In this document: positions 58,101 through 64,000 of the stretch, piece by piece | How positions within the stretch are numbered: position 1 is the stretch's first letter | Layout of the letters: every line of letters begins with the position of its first letter | DNA from: Auanema rhodensis | Lineage: Eukaryota > Animalia > Nematoda | Direction of reading: 5' to 3' | Assembly (NCBI GenBank): GCA_964057225.1 | Contig: OZ059898.1 | Span: 19,716,001-19,780,000 of the forward strand | Length of the DNA: 64,000 bases | Program-made: the position numbers and the translations under genes | Notes under the pieces: generated by a model | What the model was told of the DNA's origin: nothing | The model's input: only the letters and a program-made list of their open reading frames with translations | Databases searched by the model: none

Positions 58101-61100
58101 TTGTCCATCGTCTTTGCCTTGTAAAAAGGAATCTAAAAACATTTACTTTTTGCTAAATTATTCAGAAATTTTTCGAAAAAATTTTTGTCAAAATGTTTTT
58201 GGAAGCAAGGTTGAGTGTACTTGGAAACTCAACATACACTAATGCATTATTTTTCAAACGATCATAACTAATTTTTTATTAAGCGTTTCTCAATGTAGTA
58301 TAGTGCATTCGATGCGGATTTTTAAGCTGCGTCGATCTGTGTTATCAGATTTGCGCTAGCTTAAAAATGCACCGAGACATCAACTGATATAAGTTCACAC
58401 TTATATCCTCGATTTTCACCCTGAAGAATTAATTTTTTCGTTGAATAACATTGTCCATCGTCTTTGCCTTGTAAAAAGGAATCTAAAAACATTTACTTTT
58501 TGCTAAATTATTCAGAAATTTTTCGAAAAAATTTTTGTCAAAATGTTTTTGGAAGCAAGGTTGAGTGTACTTGGAAACTCAACATACACTAATGCATTAT
58601 TTTTCAAACGATCATAACTAATTTTTTATTAAGCGTTTCTCAATGTAGTATAGTGCATTCGATGCGGATTTTTAAGCTGCGTCGATCTGTGTTATCAGAT
58701 TTGCGCTAGCTTAAAAATGCACCGAGACATCAACTGATATAAGTTCACACTTATATCCTCGATTTTCACCCTGAAGAATTAATTTTTTCGTTGAATAACA
58801 TTGTCCATCGTCTTTGCCTTGTAAAAAGGAATCTAAAAACATTTACTTTTTGCTAAATTATTCTGAAATTTTTCGAAAAAATTTTTGTCAAAATGTTTTT
58901 GGAAGCAAGGTTGAGTGTACTTGGAAACTCAACATACACTAATGCATTATTTTTCAAACGATCATAACTAATTTTTGTATTAAGCGTTTTTCAATGTAGT
59001 ATAGTGCATTCGATGCGGATTTTTAAGCTGCGTCGATCTGTGTTATCAGATTTGCGCTAGCTTAAAAATGCACCGAGATATCAACTGATATAAGTTCACA
59101 CTTATATCCTCGATTTTCACCCTGAAGAATTAATTTTTTCGTTGAATAACATTGTCCATCGTCTTTGCCTTGTAAAAAGGAATCTAAAAACATCTACTTT
59201 TTGCTAAATTATTCTGAAATTTTTCGAAAAAATTTTTGTCAAAATGTTTTTGGAAGCAAGGTTGAGTGTACATGGAAACTCAACATACACTAATGCATCA
59301 TTTTTCAAACAATCATAACTAATTTTTGTATTAAGCGTTTCTCAATGTAATATAGTGCATTCGATGCGGATTTTTAAGCTGCGTCGATCTGTGTTATCGG
59401 ATTTTCGCTAGCTTAAAAATGCACCGAGATATCAACTGATATAAGTTCACACTTATATCCTCGATTTTCACCCTGAAGAATTAATTTTTTCGTTGAATAA
59501 CATTGTCCATCGTCTTTGCCTTGAAAGAAGGAATCTAAAAACATCTACTTTTTGCTAAATTATTTTGAAATTTTTCGAAAAAATTTTTGTCAAAATGTTT
59601 TTGGAAGCAATGTTGAGTGTACATGGAAACTCAACATACACTAATGCATCATTTTTCAAACAATCATAACTAATTTTTGTATTAAGCGTTTCTCAATGTA
59701 ATATAGTGCATTCGATGCGGATTTTTAAGCTGCGTCGATCTGTGTTATCGGATTTTCGCTAGCTTAAAAATGCACCGAGATATCAACTGATATAAGTTCA
59801 CACTTATATCCTCGATTTTCACCCTGAAGAATTAATTTTTTCGTTGAATAACATTGTCCATCGTCTTTGCCTTGTAAAAAGGAATCTAAAAACATCTACT
59901 TTTTGCTAAATTATTCTGAAATTTTTCGAAAAAATTTTTGTCAAAATGTTTTTGGAAGCAAGGTTGAGTGTACTTGGAAACTCAACATACACTAATGCAT
60001 TATTTTTCGAACGATCATAACTAATTTTTGTATTAAGCGTTTCTCAATGTAGTATAGTGCATTCGATGCGGATTTTTAAGCTGCGTCGATCTGTGTTATC
60101 AGATTTGCGCTAGATTAAAAAGGCACCGAGATATCAACTGATATAAGTTCACACTTATATCCTCGATTTTCACCCTGAAGAATTAATTTTTTCGTTGAAT
60201 AACATTGTCCATCGTCTTTGCCTTGTAAAAAGGAATCTAAAAACATTTACTTTTTGCTAAATTATTCTGAAATTTTTCGAAAAAATTTTTGTCAAAATGT
60301 TTTTGGAAGCAAGGTTGAGTGTACTTGGAAACTCAACATACACTAATGCATTATTTTTCAAACGATCATAACTAATTTTTGTATTAAGCGTTTCTCAATG
60401 TAGTATAGTGCATTCGATGCGGATTTTTAAGCTGCGTCGATCTGTGTTATCAGATTTGCGCTAGCTTAAAAATGCACCGAGATATCAACTGATATAAGTT
60501 CACACTTATATCCTCGATTTTCACCCTGAAGAATTAATTTTTTCGTTGAATAACATTGTCCATCGTCTTTGCCTTGAAAAAAGGAATCTAAAAACATCTA
60601 ATTTTTGCTAAATTATTTTGAAATTTTTCGAAAAAATTTTTGTCAAAATGTTTTTGGAAGCAAGGTTGAGTGTACATGGAAACTCAACATACACTAATGC
60701 ATTATTTTTCAAACGATCATAACTAATTTTTGTATTAAGCGTTTTTCAATGTAGTATAGTGCATTCGATGCGGATTTTTAAGCTGCGTCGATCTGTGTTA
60801 TCAGATTTGCGCTAGCTTAAAAATGCACCGAGATATCAACTGATATAAGTTCACACTTATATCCTCGATTTTCACCCTGAAGAATTAATTTTTTCGTTGA
60901 ATAACATTGTCCATCGTCTTTGCCTTGAAAAAAGGAATCTAAAAACATCTACTTTTTGCTAAATTATTTTGAAATTTTTCGAAAAAATTTTTGTCAAAAT
61001 GTTTTTGGAAGCAAGGTTGAGTGTACATGGAAACTCAACATACACTAATGCATTATTTTTCAAACGATCATAACTAATTTTTGTATCAAGCGTTTCTCAA

Positions 61101-64000
61101 TGTAGTATAGTGCATTCGATGCGGATTTTTAAGCTGCGTCGATCTGTGTTATCAGATTTGCGCTAGCTTAAAAATGCACCGAGATATCAACTGATATAAG
61201 TTCACACTTATATCCTCGATTTTCACCCTGAAGAATTAATTTTTTCGTTGAATAACATTGTCCATCGTCTTTGCCTTGTAAAAAGGAATCTAAAAACATT
61301 TACTTTTTGCTAAATTATTCAGAAATTTTTCGAAAAAATTTTTGTCAAAATGTTTTTGGAAGCAAGGTTGAGTGTACTTGGAAACTCAACATACACTAAT
61401 GCATTATTTTTCAAACGATCATAACTAATTTTTTATTAAGCGTTTCTCAATGTAGTATAGTGCATTCGATGCGGATTTTTAAGCTGCGTCGATCTGTGTT
61501 ATCAGATTTGCGCTAGCTTAAAAATGCACCGAGACATCAACTGATATAAGTTCACACTTATATCCTCGATTTTCACCCTGAAGAATTAATTTTTTCGTTG
61601 AATAACATTGTCCATCGTCTTTGCCTTGTAAAAAGAAATCTAAAAACATTTACTTTTTGCTAAATTATTCTGAAATTTTTCGAAAAAATTTTTGTCAAAA
61701 TGTTTTTGGAAGCAAGGTTGAGTGTACTTGGAAACTCAACATACACTAATGCATTATTTTTCAAACGATCATAACTAATTTTTGTATTAAGCGTTTTTCA
61801 ATGTAGTATAGTGCATTCGATGCGGATTTTTAAGCTGCGTCGATCTGTGTTATCAGATTTGCGCTAGATTAAAAAGGCACCGAGATATCAACTGATATAA
61901 GTTCACACTTATATCCTCGATTTTCACCCTGAAGAATTAATTTTTTCGTTGAATAACATTGTCCATCGTCTTTGCCTTGTAAAAAGGAATCTAAAAACAT
62001 TTACTTTTTGCTAAATTATTCTGAAATTTTTCGAAAAAATTTTTGTCAAAATGTTTTTGGAAGCAAGGTTGAGTGTACTTGGAAACTCAACATACACTAA
62101 TGCATTATTTTTCAAACGATCATAACTAATTTTTGTATTAAGCGTTTCTCAATGTAGTATAGTGCATTCGATGCGGATTTTTAAGCTGCGTCGATCTGTG
62201 TTATCAGATTTGCGCTAGCTTAAAAATGCACCGAGATATCAACTGATATAAGTTCACACTTATATCCTCGATTTTCACCCTGAAGAATTAATTTTTTCGT
62301 TGAATAACATTGTCCATCGTCTTTGCCTTGAAAAAAGGAATCTAAAAACATCTAATTTTTGCTAAATTATCTTGAAATTTTTCGAAAAAATTTTTGTCAA
62401 AATGTTTTTGGAAGCAAGGTTGAGTGTACATGGAAACTCAACATACACTAATGCATTATTTTTCAAACGATCATAACTAATTTTTGTATTAAGCGTTTCT
62501 CAATGTAGTATAGTGCATTCGATGCGGATTTTTAAGCTGCGTCGATCTGTGTTATCAGATTTGCGCTAGCTTAAAAATGCACCGAGATATCAACTGATAT
62601 AAGTTCACACTTATATCCTCGATTTTCACCCTGAAGAATTAATTTTTTCGTTGAATAACATTGTCCATCGTCTTTGCCTTGAAAAAAGGAATCTAAAAAC
62701 ATCTAATTTTTGCTAAATTATTTTGAAATTTTTCGAAAAAATTTTTGTCAAAATGTTTTTGGAAGCAAGGTTGAGTGTACATGGAAACTCAACATACACT
62801 AATGCATTATTTTTCAAACGATCATAACTAATTTTTGTATTAAGCGTTTTTCAATGTAGTATAGTGCATTCGATGCGGATTTTTAAGCTGCGTCGATCTG
62901 TGTTATCAGATTTGCGCTAGCTTAAAAATGCACCGAGATATCAACTGATATAAGTTCACACTTATATCCTCGATTTTCACCCTGAAGAATTAATTTTTTC
63001 GTTGAATAACATTGTCCATCGTCTTTGCCTTGAAAAAAGGAATCTAAAAACATCTACTTTTTGCTAAATTATTTTGAAATTTTTCGAAAAAATTTTTGTC
63101 AAAATGTTTTTGGAAGCAAGGTTGAGTGTACATGGAAACTCAACATACACTAATGCATTATTTTTCAAACGATCATAACTAATTTTTGTATTAAGCGTTT
63201 CTCAGTGTAGTATAGTGCATTCGATGCGGATTTTTAAGCTGCGTCGATCTGTGTTATCAGATTTGCGCTAGCTTAAAAATGCACCGAGATATCAACTGAT
63301 ATAAGTTCACACTTATATCCTCGATTTTCACCCTGAAGAATTAATTTTTTCGTTGAATAACATTGTCCATCGTCTTTGCCTTGTAAAAAGGAATCTAAAA
63401 ACATTTACTTTTTGCTAAATTATTCAGAAATTTTTCGAAAAAATTTTTGTCAAAATGTTTTTGGAAGCAAGGTTGAGTGTACTTGGAAACTCAACATACA
63501 CTAATGCATTATTTTTCAAACGATCATAACTAATTTTTTATTAAGCGTTTCTCAATGTAGTATAGTGCATTCGATGCGGATTTTTAAGCTGCGTCGATCT
63601 GTGTTATCAGATTTGCGCTAGCTTAAAAATGCACCGAGACATCAACTGATATAAGTTCACACTTATATCCTCGATTTTCACCCTGAAGAATTAATTTTTT
63701 CGTTGAATAACATTGTCCATCGTCTTTGCCTTGTAAAAAGGAATCTAAAAACATTTACTTTTTGCTAAATTATTCTGAAATTTTTCGAAAAAATTTTTGT
63801 CAAAATGTTTTTGGAAGCAAGGTTGAGTGTACTTGGAAACTCAACATACACTAATGCATTATTTTTCAAACGATCATAACTAATTTTTGTATTAAGCGTT
63901 TTTCAATGTAGTATAGTGCATTCGATGCGGATTTTTAAGCTGCGTCGATCTGTGTTATCAGATTTGCGCTAGCTTAAAAATGCACCGAGATATCAACTGA
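43170..64000. repeat. Domain 4: subfamily with irregular 2-, 3- and 5-monomer HORs
   Basis: Common markers are cttgTaaaaagg, gcaaGgttg, gtacTtgg, gcatTat, tgtaAtat and tcGgattTtc. The linked set tattcAg + G deletion + gagac recurs at monomers 52997, 55102, 58260, 58610, 61417 and 63522. Confidence 0.88.

Larger units (their letters stand above)
1..64000. repeat. Tandem satellite DNA array, 351-bp monomer, 182 full copies plus a 129-bp partial copy; runs off both window edges
   Basis: The monomer start (g/a)atca(t/c)aactaattt recurs at 1, 352, ... 3511, 7021, 11231 ... 63872. The period is 351 bp except for eleven 350-bp copies. No non-repeat sequence or strand switch was seen. Confidence 0.99.

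Noticed and set aside
1-64000. Assignment to a named satellite of similar length (e.g. Drosophila 359-bp, Tribolium 350-360-bp)
   Set aside because: Only size and AT content match. I cannot support sequence homology without a search.
1-64000. Transposon insertion or inversion within the array
   Set aside because: The 351-bp register is continuous from base 1 to 64000 with only 1-bp shifts.

Overview
The whole window is one uninterrupted, head-to-tail tandem array of a 351-bp AT-rich satellite monomer (about 31% GC by hand count of monomer 1). It holds 182 complete copies plus a 129-bp partial copy, all in one orientation. I see no genes, RNA genes, transposon insertions, CRISPR spacers or unique sequence, and the ORF-track entries are by-products of monomer variants. 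The sequence looks like eukaryotic heterochromatin (centromeric, pericentromeric or complex telomeric type). I cannot name the family or host. The structure of interest is at two scales. (1) Each monomer contains several dyad elements: a 67-bp imperfect hairpin (monomer positions 51-117), an A/T-tract inverted repeat (about 242-300) and a 28-bp near-palindrome (300-327). (2) Diagnostic SNPs divide the array into ordered domains with different higher-order repeats (HORs) of 2, 3, 4 and 5 monomers. These include an 8-10 kb internal duplication and an older block found on both sides of the central expanded domain. Monomers (M1, M2...) and monomer positions are counted from window base 1. All variant calls were read by eye and need confirmation by alignment.
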